Assembly: GCA_951406725.2 (NCBI GenBank)
Contig: OX597817.1
Location: 142,042,001-142,106,000 of the forward strand
Origin: Octopus vulgaris
Taxonomy: Eukaryota
Direction of reading: 5' to 3'
DNA: 64,000 bases
The translations under genes and the position numbers were made by a program. The notes beneath the pieces are model-generated. The model searched no databases. It was not told the DNA's origin and saw only the letters and a list, made by a program, of their open reading frames with translations. Shown one piece after another: positions 1 through 11,353 of the stretch (the stretch's first letter is position 1; each line of letters begins with the position of its first letter).

Positions 1-13
1 CAACAACAACAAC

Positions 14-54
<41 letters not shown>

Positions 55-97
55 TAATAATAATAATGATAATGATGATGATGGTAGTAAATTAAGA

Positions 98-294
98 ATT
101 TTGGGACTGCTGTCAGGCTTGAAGTGATCCAGAAGACAGCATTGTTGGATACAGCTCGCATTCTAAGGAGAGTATTGTCTCTTTGAATCACAGGAGAAGG
201 GAGTACTTGAAACCCTTGGTGATTTGTTATTGCCTGCTTTCAAGTAAAGAATAACCGGTAATTAAGAACTATCCGAGAGTCCTTCAGAATAAAA
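98..294 (+). mobile_element. 3' end of a Dong/R4-like (REL-endonuclease) non-LTR retrotransposon between AAT/GAT tracts
   Basis: Manual translation LGTAVRLEVIQKTALLDTARILRRVLSL* matches the C-terminus of the R4-like ORFs at 34009 and 35023 (IQKIVLMGTAHILRKILS); flanked by (AAT)n/(GAT)n. Confidence 0.7.
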
Positions 295-330
295 ATGATG
301 ATGATGATGGTGATGATGATGATGATGATG

Positions 331-384
<54 letters not shown>

Positions 385-785
385 GTGAGCAAGTATAAAG
401 ATCTTGAAATACAAATTAGCAAAATGTGGAACCTGAAGACTAAAACAATAGCTGTTGTCATAGGTTACCTAGGAAGGATAGCAAAAGGGGCTGATTGCTA
501 CCTAGCACAGATACCAGGAAACCCCAAAATGGGGGAAATTCAAAAGATAGTGCGCATGGGAACTGCCCATATCCTACGTACAATACTGTCTATGTAATCT
601 CAAATTTTAAAACAAACACATCATTCTCTTATGGCTTCTTAACCATTTTCTAGAACAACACTATGTACAAAACCAAATATATGGCACCCTAAGCATAACA
701 ACAATATGAACTTCTAAGTTGTTGAGAGGTCTCTTGAGGTCTATAGGTGAGACTTGTACAAATTCAAATCAAAAGTCAAACATAA
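385..785 (+). mobile_element. 5'-truncated Dong/R4-like LINE 3' end
   Basis: SKYKDLEIQISKMWNLKTKTIAVVIGYLG...EIQKIVRMGTAHILRTILSM is nearly identical to the end of ORF 34009-34689; shared 3' UTR ends in aaagtcaaacat then (AAT)n. Confidence 0.9.
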
Positions 786-825
786 AATAATAATAATAAT
801 AATAATAAAAATAATAATAATAATG

Positions 826-856
<31 letters not shown>

Positions 857-896
857 TGATGATGATGATGATGATGATAATAATAATAATAACAAC

Positions 897-947
<51 letters not shown>

Positions 948-950
<3 letters not shown>

Positions 951-1501
951 CTGATGCAGTACCAGACGGTGGATCTCATGGCTTCTTATCATAACTGTTT
1001 GGAAGTGTTATCATGTACGTTGTTTTGTCTTGGTATAAAAGATGGGCTGCAGTAAATATTCTGCTCAATACCACAAATTTGCTTGTCAGTTGTTTGACCT
1101 TAACCAGTTGACCATGTCCCTTAGTGGCTGACGATATGTGCATCTCTGATCATGAACAAGAAGTAGTGGGGGAGCATCATAGGCGTGTGTTGAAAGGGAT
1201 TCTTAGAGGTTTGGATAATTCACGTTTGGAAACATGGGTGGTTCGTTCAACATCCTCAAACAATCCTTATTCAGGGACCTTTTGAGCGGGATGGGTTACT
1301 CGACCTGCAGAAAATTCTAACCTTGGCATCACCTGCAAAGTTATGCGCTGTTTATCTTGATATGAGATTACATGTCGCACACATATGGTTGTGATGAATG
1401 TGCCTATTGTACCCTTATCAGACGGGTAGTCATGATGGGTATACTGGGCTTCGTATATTTTACCCCAGTGTCACTATGATGGCATGCACTGCTCTCTCAC
1501 T
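948..1501 (+). mobile_element. ~550-bp non-coding interspersed element associated with (AAT)n (copy 1)
   Basis: Highly similar to 36455-37008 and 37050-37557; starts ctgatgcagtacca, ends gcactgctctctcact. Confidence 0.8.
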
Positions 1502-1996
1502 TTATTTCAGCTGCCTTAGTACCGGGCATCCACTGGAGACCAAGAGTAGCAAGGGCACTTTTGTTTTGCTATGCATGCTAAAGTTATCACCACATTTATT
1601 CTGTTTTGTGCTTTCAATGTGCAGGTCGTTATAGTGAGAAAGCTTGGTGCTGCTTTCTGGTGTCTTTATTGGAAGGTGAAGGAAAATAACAAGGCTGGTG
1701 AGGGTGAGTGGACCTACTCTGAATATAATTTTCAAAGTCGGAGGAAAGAAGCTGGACGATGGCACCTCCCTTACTTTGGGGATGGTAAGTAATCCAGGAC
1801 ATTTTTGTGTGGAATTTTCCCCGAAAACTCCTCGGTGAGCTGCATGTAATTGCGAATTCTATTCATTTATTATTTCATTTTTTTTTCCTAAAATATCTTC
1901 ATATCTTAACCCTTGAGACAAATAAAAGGAATCAATAATATTATTATCATTATCAATATTATGATTGCAGTGATGCGCATCATTATTATTAGAAAC

Positions 1997-2051
<55 letters not shown>

Positions 2052-2456
2052 CTGGTGGTTTCTCATGCATGAATCTAATATGAATGAATGAAATGAAAAC
2101 TCTGGGATAGTTTTAGGCAGCATCGCCATTAGTTGTGTTATTTCCCAAAGGACGTTAAGGACGAATCATAAAACACTTGATTACACATAATAAGTGAACA
2201 TTTTGGTTTAGGAATCACATCGAAATAACACATATTGATGTGTCAACGGCCTCAATGAAATATTGTTCTTGAATGGAAATCAAGAAACAAATGGGAGCCT
2301 TAGAATGAAAGAGAAACACATTTATATAAAATGATGGCAGTCGACGTGTAAGCTATGATATATGGTACAATGGATTTATTGAGCTCCTTGTATGTATACT
2401 TACAAATACAAGCGAACACACAGAGATACAATTTTATGTTACATATTTATACATAA

Positions 2457-2492
<36 letters not shown>

Positions 2493-2869
2493 ATGCATAC
2501 ATATTCATATTTATCTTTCAATGTATTTATGCATCCACAAGCACCCACACATATATGCAGGATGTTGGGGCTGAATTTGATGATGTTCATGTCCCCTATT
2601 TTCAGGAAGAGAACAAATTCAGCTGATGTATTGGTTAAGCGTCAACACCGTTGGAGAGCATAAATATTAAAGTTAAAGTTGATAATGATAAAAATAGTAA
2701 TAATAATAATAATAACAATAATAATAATAATAAAAAGAAGAAGAAGAAGAAGAAGAAGAAGAAGAAGAAGAAGAAGAAGAAGAAGAAGAAGAAGAAAGTT
2801 TAACTGTTACAGCAGACCGGAAGTCGTTTGAATATTGAAAAAGAGTTTCCTGCATCCTGATGAGTGGTG

Positions 2870-3120
2870 CCGGATATCGTATAACATTACGACTGCTGCT
2901 CCACCTTCTGTGAACACTGTAAAAGTTGTAAGACTCTTCATGGGCATCATGAAAACCAAATTCCGGCAAATCGCGTTAGTATTTGGGTGTGTCGTCAGTG
3001 AGGGTCACGTTGTCATCCCACTTCTTCGAACTGAGCCTTAGCGTCCAATTCAGATGGCTACGTGAAGCTATTAGACCCTGTGGTCAGTGTTTGGCTAAAT
3101 AGAGTTGTTGCTAGGAGGAC
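2870..3120 (+). pseudogene. Degenerate DD37D (maT-like) Tc1/mariner transposase fragment
   Basis: MKTKFRQIALVFGCVVSEGHVV...DGYVKLLDPVVSVWLNRVVA resembles the 21235-21528 peptide (KHPVNIMAFVVITSDGNVM...VLLPWVKGVASGR). Confidence 0.65.
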
Positions 3121-3260
3121 AAAGCTCCAATTTTGGTAGTGGATATCAGTTGCTATTACACAGAAGGTTTTCTTTCACTGGATATACATGCGGAAAGCGG
3201 AAAGTATTCGGGAAGTTTATGCAAAAGAATTTTAACACGAGAAGACGGAATGAACAAGCT

Positions 3261-3711
3261 TTACTCTTACTCTTTTACTCTTTTACTTGTTTCAGTAATT
3301 TGACTGCGGCCATGCTGGAGCAACGCCTTTAATCGAGCAAATCGACCCCAGGACTTATTCTTTGTAAGCCCAGTACTTATTCTTTGTAAGCCCAGTACTT
3401 ATTCTATCGGTCTCTTTTGCAGAACCGCTAAGTGACAGGGACGTAAACACACCAGCATCGGTTGTCAAGCAATGCTAGGGGGACAAACACAGACACACAA
3501 ACATATACACACACACTTATATATATATATATATATATATACATATATACGACAGGCTTCTTTCAGTTTCCGTCTACCAAATCCACTCACAAGGCATTGG
3601 TCGGCACGGGGCTATAGCAGAAGACACTTGCCCAAGATGCCACACAGTGGGACTGAACCCGGAACCATGTGGTTGGTTAGCAAGCTACTTACCACACAGC
3701 CACTCCTGCGC
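3261..3711 (-). mobile_element. tRNA-derived SINE family 1, full length
   Basis: Head tggctgtgtggtaag...ggttcagtccc, central (TA)/(CA) tract, tail ctccagcatggccgcagtcaaat-actgaaacaagtaaaagag; >10 copies in window; internal 22-bp tandem duplication at ~3354-3400. Confidence 0.9.
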
Positions 3712-3929
3712 TTTGTTACAAATCACTACAATTATTTCAACACATCACTATCATCTGACAATTGCTGGATTGTACATATATAATAGCATTATTAAATTAA
3801 TATTATTCAACAATAACTGTATGCATAAGCGCCTTTATTTGAATAGGGTCCAAAGCACTTCTAGATCATCTTTAGATTCTCATTGTTATCTTCTAGCATT
3901 CCATTGACAAAGAAGAACGCGGAAATACA

Positions 3930-4384
3930 ATGAGATACAAATGAGGAAAAATGTCCAAAAACTGCGTGTGCTCCATGCTATGCAGCTGTGGTAGGTTATA
4001 CAAAGGCGAAACATGCTGCCCCTTCAAAATAAGGGTAGACAAACATCGCAAAGCTGTGACAAGAGGGGATATTGATAAATCGGGCACAGCTGATCATGTG
4101 TGGGGAAATAGAGACCCCCACCCCCGATGGGATGGAGTTAAAATAACAGACAGAGAACACCACTGGAAAATATGAAAACTAAAAGAAGCAGCAGATATGC
4201 TAGGACACAACAACCTCCTAAGCAGTCCGGGTTCAGATATGAATATCATACAGGAACCGGTATTAAAGAAGGATAGGAAAATATTAGATTTATAAGCCCT
4301 AAAATTCACTCCATAATTGCCCACATAGTGGTTAAGATCGCCGGTTACTAACACCAAAATTCCGAGTTCGATTCCAGGCAGTGA

Positions 4385-4465
<81 letters not shown>

Positions 4466-4648
4466 CAACAACAACAACAATAACAACCACCACCACAACA
4501 ACAACAACGAAAAATTCCTTGGGAATGAGAACCTCAGTTTCGAAATTTCCCCAAGACACCTGATGAAGGCTGGAGGGTATATCAGCCGAAACATTGTGTT
4601 AACAACAGAAAAGCTGAGTACAAATATTCGTCAAATGTATATTATTTA
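3930..4648 (+). mobile_element. Penelope-like element 3' portion: GIY-YIG endonuclease remnant plus terminal repeat (pLTR)
   Basis: KNCVCSMLCSCGRLYKGETCCPFKIRVDKHRK...KSGTADHVW...HHWKI*KLKEA; same family as 17735-18325; followed by tRNA-like head, (AAT)n and hammerhead. Confidence 0.88.
4555..4600 (+). ncRNA. Type I minimal hammerhead ribozyme motif (PLE pLTR)
   Basis: GACAC-CTGATGA-A-GGCTG(gagggtatat)CAGCC-GAAA-CATT-GTGTT: stem I 5 bp, stem II 5 bp, core intact; stem III CG changed to CA in this copy. Confidence 0.8.
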
Positions 4649-4651
4649 AAT

Positions 4652-5081
4652 TCTCTTTACTCTTTTTTACTCTTTTATTTGTTTCAGTCATTTAACTATG
4701 GCCATGCTGGAGCACCGCCTTTAGTCGAGCAAATCGACCCCAGGACTTATTCTTTGTAAGCCTAGTACTTATTCCATCGATCTCTTTTGCCGAACTGCTA
4801 AGTTACGGGGACGTAAACACACCAGCATCGGTTGTCAAGCGATGTTGGGGGGACAAACACAGACACACAAACATATACACACACATACACGCATACATAT
4901 ATAAATATATATACATATATACGACGGGCTTCTTTTCAGCTTCCGTCTACCAAATCTACTCACAAGGCTTTGGTCGGCCCGAGACTATAGTAGAAGACAC
5001 TTGCCCAAGGTGCCACGCAATGGGACTGAACCCGGAACCATGTGGTTCGTAAGTAAGCTACTTACCACACAGTCACTCCTA
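4652..5081 (-). mobile_element. SINE family 1, full length
   Basis: Same head/body/tail as 3261-3711. Confidence 0.9.
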
Positions 5082-5084
5082 CAT

Positions 5085-5250
5085 TAATTATATTTGACGA
5101 ATATATGTGTATTCATCTTGTTTCTTGTTAACACAACGTTTCGGCTGATATACCATCCAGCCTTCGTCAGGTATTTTTGGGAAATTTCGAATCTGAGGTT
5201 CTCATTCCTAAGGAATTTTTCGTCGTTGTCGTTGTGGTTGTGGCAGTCGA
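5085..5250 (-). mobile_element. Inverted partial copy of the PLE pLTR
   Basis: Reverse complement of ~4490-4645. Confidence 0.85.
5130..5175 (-). ncRNA. Type I minimal hammerhead ribozyme motif
   Basis: Reverse complement AATAC-CTGACGA-A-GGCTG(gatggtatat)CAGCC-GAAA-CG-TT-GTGTT; palindromic ACGT stem III, GUU triplet. Confidence 0.85.
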
Positions 5251-5253
5251 AAT

Positions 5254-5491
5254 ACCTATTTCTTTACTACCCACAAGGGGCTAAACACAGAGAGGACAAA
5301 CAAGGACAGACAAACGGATTATGTCGATTATATCGACCCCAGTGCGTAACTGGTACTTATTTAATCGAACCCGAAAGGATGAATGGCAAAGTCGACCTCG
5401 GCGGAATTTGAACTCAGAACGCAACGGCAGACGAATTACGGCTAAGCATTTCACCCGACGTGCTAACATTTCTGCCAGCTTGCCACCTTAG
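5254..5491 (-). mobile_element. tRNA-derived SINE family 2 (Nin/Deu-domain-like core)
   Basis: Head ggcggcgagctggcagaa...gagttcaaattcc; core gcctttcatcctttcggggtcgat-aaataagtacc; many copies in window. Confidence 0.85.
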
Positions 5492-5504
5492 GAAGTGGCT
5501 AATA

Positions 5505-6110
5505 TTGACGGTGATGATGATGATTGCGGTGACAGTTATGTTAACGATGACGATGAGATGATGATGAGGACTGTTCAAGAAAAAAAACATTTTTCATTTT
5601 TTCATTTTACACAGACATTTTTATCTAATATTTTTAGTGGTGGTGGTGGTTGATGGTGGTGATGGTGATGATGATTGTGGTGGTGGTGGTGATGATGCTT
5701 GTGACGGTGGTGGTTGTCGTTGTCGTCATGATGATGATGGGGGATGATGATATGATGATAGTGATGATGATGATGATGATGATTATGATGATGATGATGA
5801 TGATGCTGAAGGGGAAGACGATGACGTCGACGATGAGGAAGTAGATGAAGTGGAGTATATTGATGAGGTTAGTGAGGAAGATTTTGGTGATGAACATATA
5901 GATGGCAACGACGATGACGCCATCATTGCTGTTGTTGTTGTTGTTGCTGTTACTGCTGCTGGCACTGTTGCTGCTGCTGCTGATGATGATGATGATGACG
6001 ATGATGATGACGACGACGACGAGGAGGGGTAGAAGGATGTGGATAATACTGACGGTAACGATGATGATTGCGATGTTATTTATGTTGACGATGACGACGA
6101 CGACGACGAC

Positions 6111-6151
<41 letters not shown>

Positions 6152-6872
6152 CGATGAGGATGATGATGATGATGACATTTGCTGAACGAAAAAAATTACG
6201 TTACATTTTTTATATATTTTTTATATATTTTTCCATTTTACCCACAGAGAGTAATTTGTGTAAAAATTCTTGTGAGCAGAAAAATACTCTCGCTCCTAAA
6301 ATTACGTCTACAGACACCTGTTCCGTAACGCTTTCTTTTAGAAACACCCTCCAACAACCTGCAAGGTCATCACCGAATATATTTATTTCACTTTACTTTT
6401 CCGTTTTCACACATTCTTCTATTCAGTTTACGATTATTTTTGCTATTTTTTTGCCTAATCTGCCTCTTTTATTTTTGTTCGTTCCGTTCTTTTCTCCTGT
6501 TTCTTTCTTTCTATCTTTCTTTCTTTTCCTTCTTCTTCTTGCTCTTCTTCTTTTTCTTCTTCTTCTCCTCGCTTCTTCTTCTTCTCCTCGCTGCTTCTTC
6601 TTCTCCTCGCTTCTTCTTCTTCTTCTTCATCATCATCTCACTCTGCTTCTTTTTCTTTTTCTTCTTCTTCTCCTCGCTTCTTCTTCTTCTCCTCGCTGCT
6701 TCTTCTTCTCCTCGCTTCTTCTTCTTCTTCATCATCATCATCTCGCTCTGCTTCTTTTTCTTTTTCTTCTTTTTCTTATCCTCGCGTCTTATTCTCGTTT
6801 GTCATTCTTCTTCTTCTTCATCATCATCATCATCATCATCTTCTTCTCGCTCTGCTTTTTCTTTTTCTTCTT

Positions 6873-6903
<31 letters not shown>

Positions 6904-7142
6904 TTATTATTATTATTATTATTATTATTCTCGCTTCTTCTTCTTCTTCTTCTTCTTCTTCTTCTTCTTCTTCTTCTTCTTCTTCTCGTCATCGCTTCTG
7001 TTTCTTCTCCTCGCCTCCTCTTCTCGCTTCTCCTTCTTCATCTTCGTCTTCTCCCTTTTCTTCTACCGTCTTCTTCTTCTTCTTCTTCTTCTTCTTCTTC
7101 TTCTTCTTCTTCTTCTTCTTCTTCTTTTACTTCTTCTTCTTC
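5505..7142. repeat. Compound low-complexity tract (GAT/GGT/GAC, then TTC/CTC) with internal ~110-bp duplication
   Basis: Direct reading; explains spurious ORFs 5902-7182 and 6440-7483. Confidence 0.9.
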
Positions 7143-7771
7143 TGTTACACACATATTTACCTTCAACATATATATTTACTAGATATATATATATTTCACA
7201 TCTTTTCCCTCTTCGCACACTTTCCCTCCCTTCTCTCTCCCTCTCTCTCTCACTCTCTCTCTTTCAATCACACTCCTTTATTCTTTCTCTCTCCCCACCG
7301 TCGCAGTGCACCTGCTTGCTTTCTAAGACTACATTTTTTTATATTGTATTTTTCCCTTCTCTGTTGTGTTGCTGTTTTTTATTACTTTTTTTTTCACAGC
7401 ATAGAAGACAAGCTCTTATATATTATTTTATGCTTAAGTTGCTCACTGGAATATTTTTTTCCCCCATTTTTACCTGTAACTGAAAACTATTTTTCCAAAC
7501 TATAAATAATTCTAAGATGTTTATTCAACGAGTTTCTTTAAACACCATCACTATAAACACATACGTGCAGATTTTGCTAAGATTGGTTATTATAAGCATT
7601 TCACAATTCGAACGCGAATTTGGATTAACACGTCTATTTTCGAACTAGCCTAAAACATTATAAAAATAACACCCTCGTATCCATTATATTCAGGAAACCT
7701 TAGCAAATAGATTTAATAACGCGTTCATTAGTCTCTAGATGTTATTAACGAAAATACTTAGCAAATATAAT

Positions 7772-8184
7772 AAACGATATAACTAGAATTTAAATTATAG
7801 ATTATCATTGAACTGATTTTGTCTGGCAATCCGTCGGTTGCGACGACGAGTGTCTGAGTCGATTCGATCAACGGAACAGCGTGTCGTAAAATTAACGCAA
7901 ACGATATAACTAGAGTTTAAAATATAGATTATGAAGGAGAGATGCTTCCGTTAATCTGGTTCTGTCTGGCATTCCGTCGGTTACGACGAGGAGTGTTTCA
8001 GTGGATCCGATCAACGGAACAGCCTGTCGTAAAATTAACGTAAACGAGATAACTAGAGTTTCAAATATAGATTATGAAAGAGGCATGCTCCTGTTGATCT
8101 TGTTCTGTCTGGAATTCCGTCGGTTGCGACGAGGAGTGTCTCAGTAGATCCGATCCACGGAACAACCTGTCGTAAAATTAACGT
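7772..8184. repeat. Three tandem ~127-143-bp units, each joining flank sequence to a SINE 3' tail
   Basis: Units start aaacga(t/g)ataactag at ~7772, ~7899, ~8042 and end cgtaaaattaacg. Confidence 0.85.
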
Positions 8185-8434
8185 TTAAATGGCTGAGTAC
8201 TCCACAGACACGTATATCTTTAACGTTGCTCTTAGGAAGATTCAGCCTGACACAGAATGTGACATGACTGGCCCTTTTGAATAATAGGTACAACTCATTT
8301 TTGGAAGTTAAGAAGACTGGAGCAACTCGAAATTAAGTGTCTTGCTCAAGGACACAACGTGGCGCAAGGAATCAAACTCAAGACCTTACGATCCTGAAAC
8401 GAAAACCTTAACCACTCAGCCACACGTCCTCACA
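8111..8434 (-). mobile_element. tRNA-derived SINE family 3 (RTE-like tail)
   Basis: Reverse complement begins with tRNA-like tggctgagtggttaagg...gagtttgattcc; tail ctgttccgtggatcggatc...gtcgcaaccgacgga shared with 42868 and 61830 copies. Confidence 0.8.
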
Positions 8435-8473
8435 TGAGATTCTATGTAGAGGGTTCAAGAGGTTTTTCAATAT

Positions 8474-8836
8474 TACTCTTTTGCTCTTTTACACGTTTCA
8501 GTCATTTGACTGCGGCCATGGCAGAGCACCGCCTTTAGTCGAATGAATCTATCCCCAGAACTAATTATTTTGTAAGCCTAGTACTTAATTTATCGGTCTC
8601 TTATGCCGAACCGCTAAGTTTCTTGGACGTAAGCACACCAACATCGATTGTCAAGCGAATGGGAAGGGGACAAACACAGACACAATAAGACACTCACATA
8701 AATATATATATATATACATCGGGCCATTTCAGTTTCCGTCTAACAAATCCACTCACAAGGCTTTGGTCGGCCCGTAGTTATAGTAGAATACACTTGCCTA
8801 AGGTACCACGCAGTAGGCATCAACCCGGAACCATGT
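8474..8836 (-). mobile_element. SINE family 1, 5'-clipped
   Basis: Similarity to 3261-3711. Confidence 0.85.
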
Positions 8837-9095
8837 CTTTCCTCCATTCGGGGTTCGATAAATTAAGTACTGCTAGACAGAGCAGCCACGGTTTCCTCCT
8901 TTCATACTTTAATATTTCAGACTTGTCGAACATATTTCATATTGAACTACTAGGTATTGTGTATGTGAGAATAAACCGGGTTCCACAAATGGAAAGCTTT
9001 GATTATAGGACTGACTCATTCAGGGTTTCTCAGAAATCATAAATACAACGTTTTTGAATTTGGTTTGCAAGATTTGAGTTCGTGTGTTGAAGCAT

Positions 9096-9292
9096 ATTCT
9101 GTTGTGTCTGGGGAGAGTCATTTTCTTTTTGTGCCTTATTATCTAACACACTCACCGGTAAAATTTCCACTTTTTTTCTTATTTTTATTGTCCTAAAAAA
9201 TAAAAATAAGAAAAAAGTGGAAATTTTACCGGTGAGTGTGTTACATAATAAGGCACAAAAAGGAAATGACTCTTCCCAGACACAACAGAATA
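9096..9292. repeat. Near-perfect inverted repeat (~95-bp arms, ~10-nt loop)
   Basis: tattctgttgtgtctgggagagtcat...cttatttttatt / aataaaaataag...atgactcttcccagacacaacagaata. Confidence 0.9.
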
Positions 9293-9956
9293 AATACAAC
9301 GATATTATTAGAATTTAGGACTTAAATATTATGCTATCTTCTCAGAAATCCCTAAACACTGAGACAGTATGATACGCTTCAGAAGCGTATAGAAAACAAG
9401 CTGGTTCCGGCAGCAGCATCCTTAGGGATAGACGGGTACACTAGTTCCTACCATACTGCAACACGTAAAAGATGAAGAGAAAAAAACAGCGGCTAGAGTT
9501 GGTTCAATTCTGCTGAAAACAATTCGCTGGAAAATTATAAGTTTCACATATGTTGATACAGCATGGGTGAGCACGATAGAAATTTGCATAGAACCATTTC
9601 TATAGAGAAACTTTTTCTATATAAATACATAAATGAATAGACATTATATTGGATAGAATTATCCATAAATAATTGTTTTCCTGAAATGCTTTGCTGCAAG
9701 AAAAATGTTTAAATTGCTAGAGGATGTGTAGAATTTACGCTAAAATGATTTTCTTTTACAGGTGTGTGTGTGAATAAATAAATAAATATATTCATATTGC
9801 AGAGTAAAACAAACACGACTCCGGTTTAGTGTCCTTGAGAGAATCATTTTTTTTTACCGCGTTTAGATTTATCGCGGTATAAATATATAGGACAAACTGG
9901 TTACGATGAATGATTATATGATGTGAGGAAATTTCATAACACGTTTTGTGGTGAGA

Positions 9957-10028
9957 GACCGTTTAGTTTAATAGTAGAGCACTCGGCCGCGAAATGAAGG
10001 GTACAGGTTCGACTCCCATAGCCGCCTG
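9957..10028 (+). pseudogene. Degenerate tRNA-like sequence (SINE head or tRNA pseudogene)
   Basis: A-box-like tagtttaatagtagagcac and B-box ggttcgactccc at tRNA spacing; acceptor stem poor. Confidence 0.5.
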
Positions 10029-10440
10029 CTGGCAATTTATTTCCGTTTTATAAGACTAAATAGCCGGTCTTTCTTTGCTGTTTTTACACCTATACTGCGT
10101 TCGGAATTTTCGTTTTTGTTTGTAAAATAAAAGTTTATTATTCATACTGTTGGTAGCAGAGATTTTAGGATACGAAGAGGTTGATACTTACATTCTCCAT
10201 GTTTATGATGCATGTAAATACAAGAACATTTAAACACACTTTAAACAATCTTTAATTTGTCGTCTGGATATCGGCAACGAATTTCCTTGTTATCAATTTC
10301 ATTATATAATCATACGCATACATACATACATACATACATACATACATACATACATACATACATACATACATACATACATACATACATACATACATACATA
10401 CATACCTTCAACTCACCCACATCTATGTCAACATATAGAA

Positions 10441-10610
10441 AGGCGTGGCTGTGTGGTAAGAAGTCTGCTTCCCAACCATGTTGTTCGGGGTTCAGTCCTA
10501 CTGCCTGACACCTTAGGTAAGTGCCTTCTACTATAGCATCAGCCGACCAAGACTTTGTGAGTGGATTTGGTAGAAGGAAACTGTAGGAACTGTAGGAAGC
10601 CTGTCGTATG
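10441..10610 (+). mobile_element. SINE family 1, 5' half
   Basis: ggcgtggctgtgtggtaag...ggttcagtcc. Confidence 0.8.
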
Positions 10611-11353
10611 TAGATAGATATACACACGTATATATTTCTTTATACATACATACACAAACGCGCGCGCGGTTGTGTGTTATACGTATGAATGTGTGTTATA
10701 CGTATGAATGTGTGTGTTCATATGTGTGTTTGTTTGAGGGGTGTACCTGTTGTTGATTGTGTTTGAGAGCTCAGAGATTCTGTATACTCTTAAATATTTT
10801 GGTTCATATTAAAGTAAATATCTACTAAGAATTCTCCGAGCTTTAAGCGTGAATCATTATTTGCCGGTCACAATTTTTAATAAATAAAATGCAATTTATA
10901 ATGCAGCATCCTTCATTTATAAAAGACCAGATTTCATAAAATCTCTTATCAGAAGAGATGTTTTATAAATACATAATTAAATTTTTGGTACTCGCCTACA
11001 ATCTTGTTTATTCGATTTCTTATAACGTGGTGGCTTAATTTTCTCCTTCGAAATTTTTAATAAGCAGCAAAGAAACGAAGATGGAATGCTTATAAATATC
11101 CTTTTATCCACAGAAGGTTTTGTCATGAAAGTGAAAAGAATCTGTATGAATTTTAGCAGATTTTGATTTAAAAGCTACAAATATAGATTTGTACGATATA
11201 TTTAAAAGAGTAACTTCACATATATTTACAGAGAATCTGATGTTACCATATCGGGAAATTTTGTGGCATTTTCTCACATCTATATGTACAGGGAAATTTG
11301 AAGGTGTGTGGGTCAGTGGTGAAGGTACTTCAATGATGATGCTAAGATCATCG

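Noticed and set aside
5902-7483. Long ORFs of 426 and 347 aa
   Set aside because: Translations of GAT/TTC/CTC trinucleotide tracts lacking stops; no domain content.
9957-10028. Functional tRNA gene
   Set aside because: Acceptor and anticodon stems do not pair properly; kept only as a tRNA-like relic.
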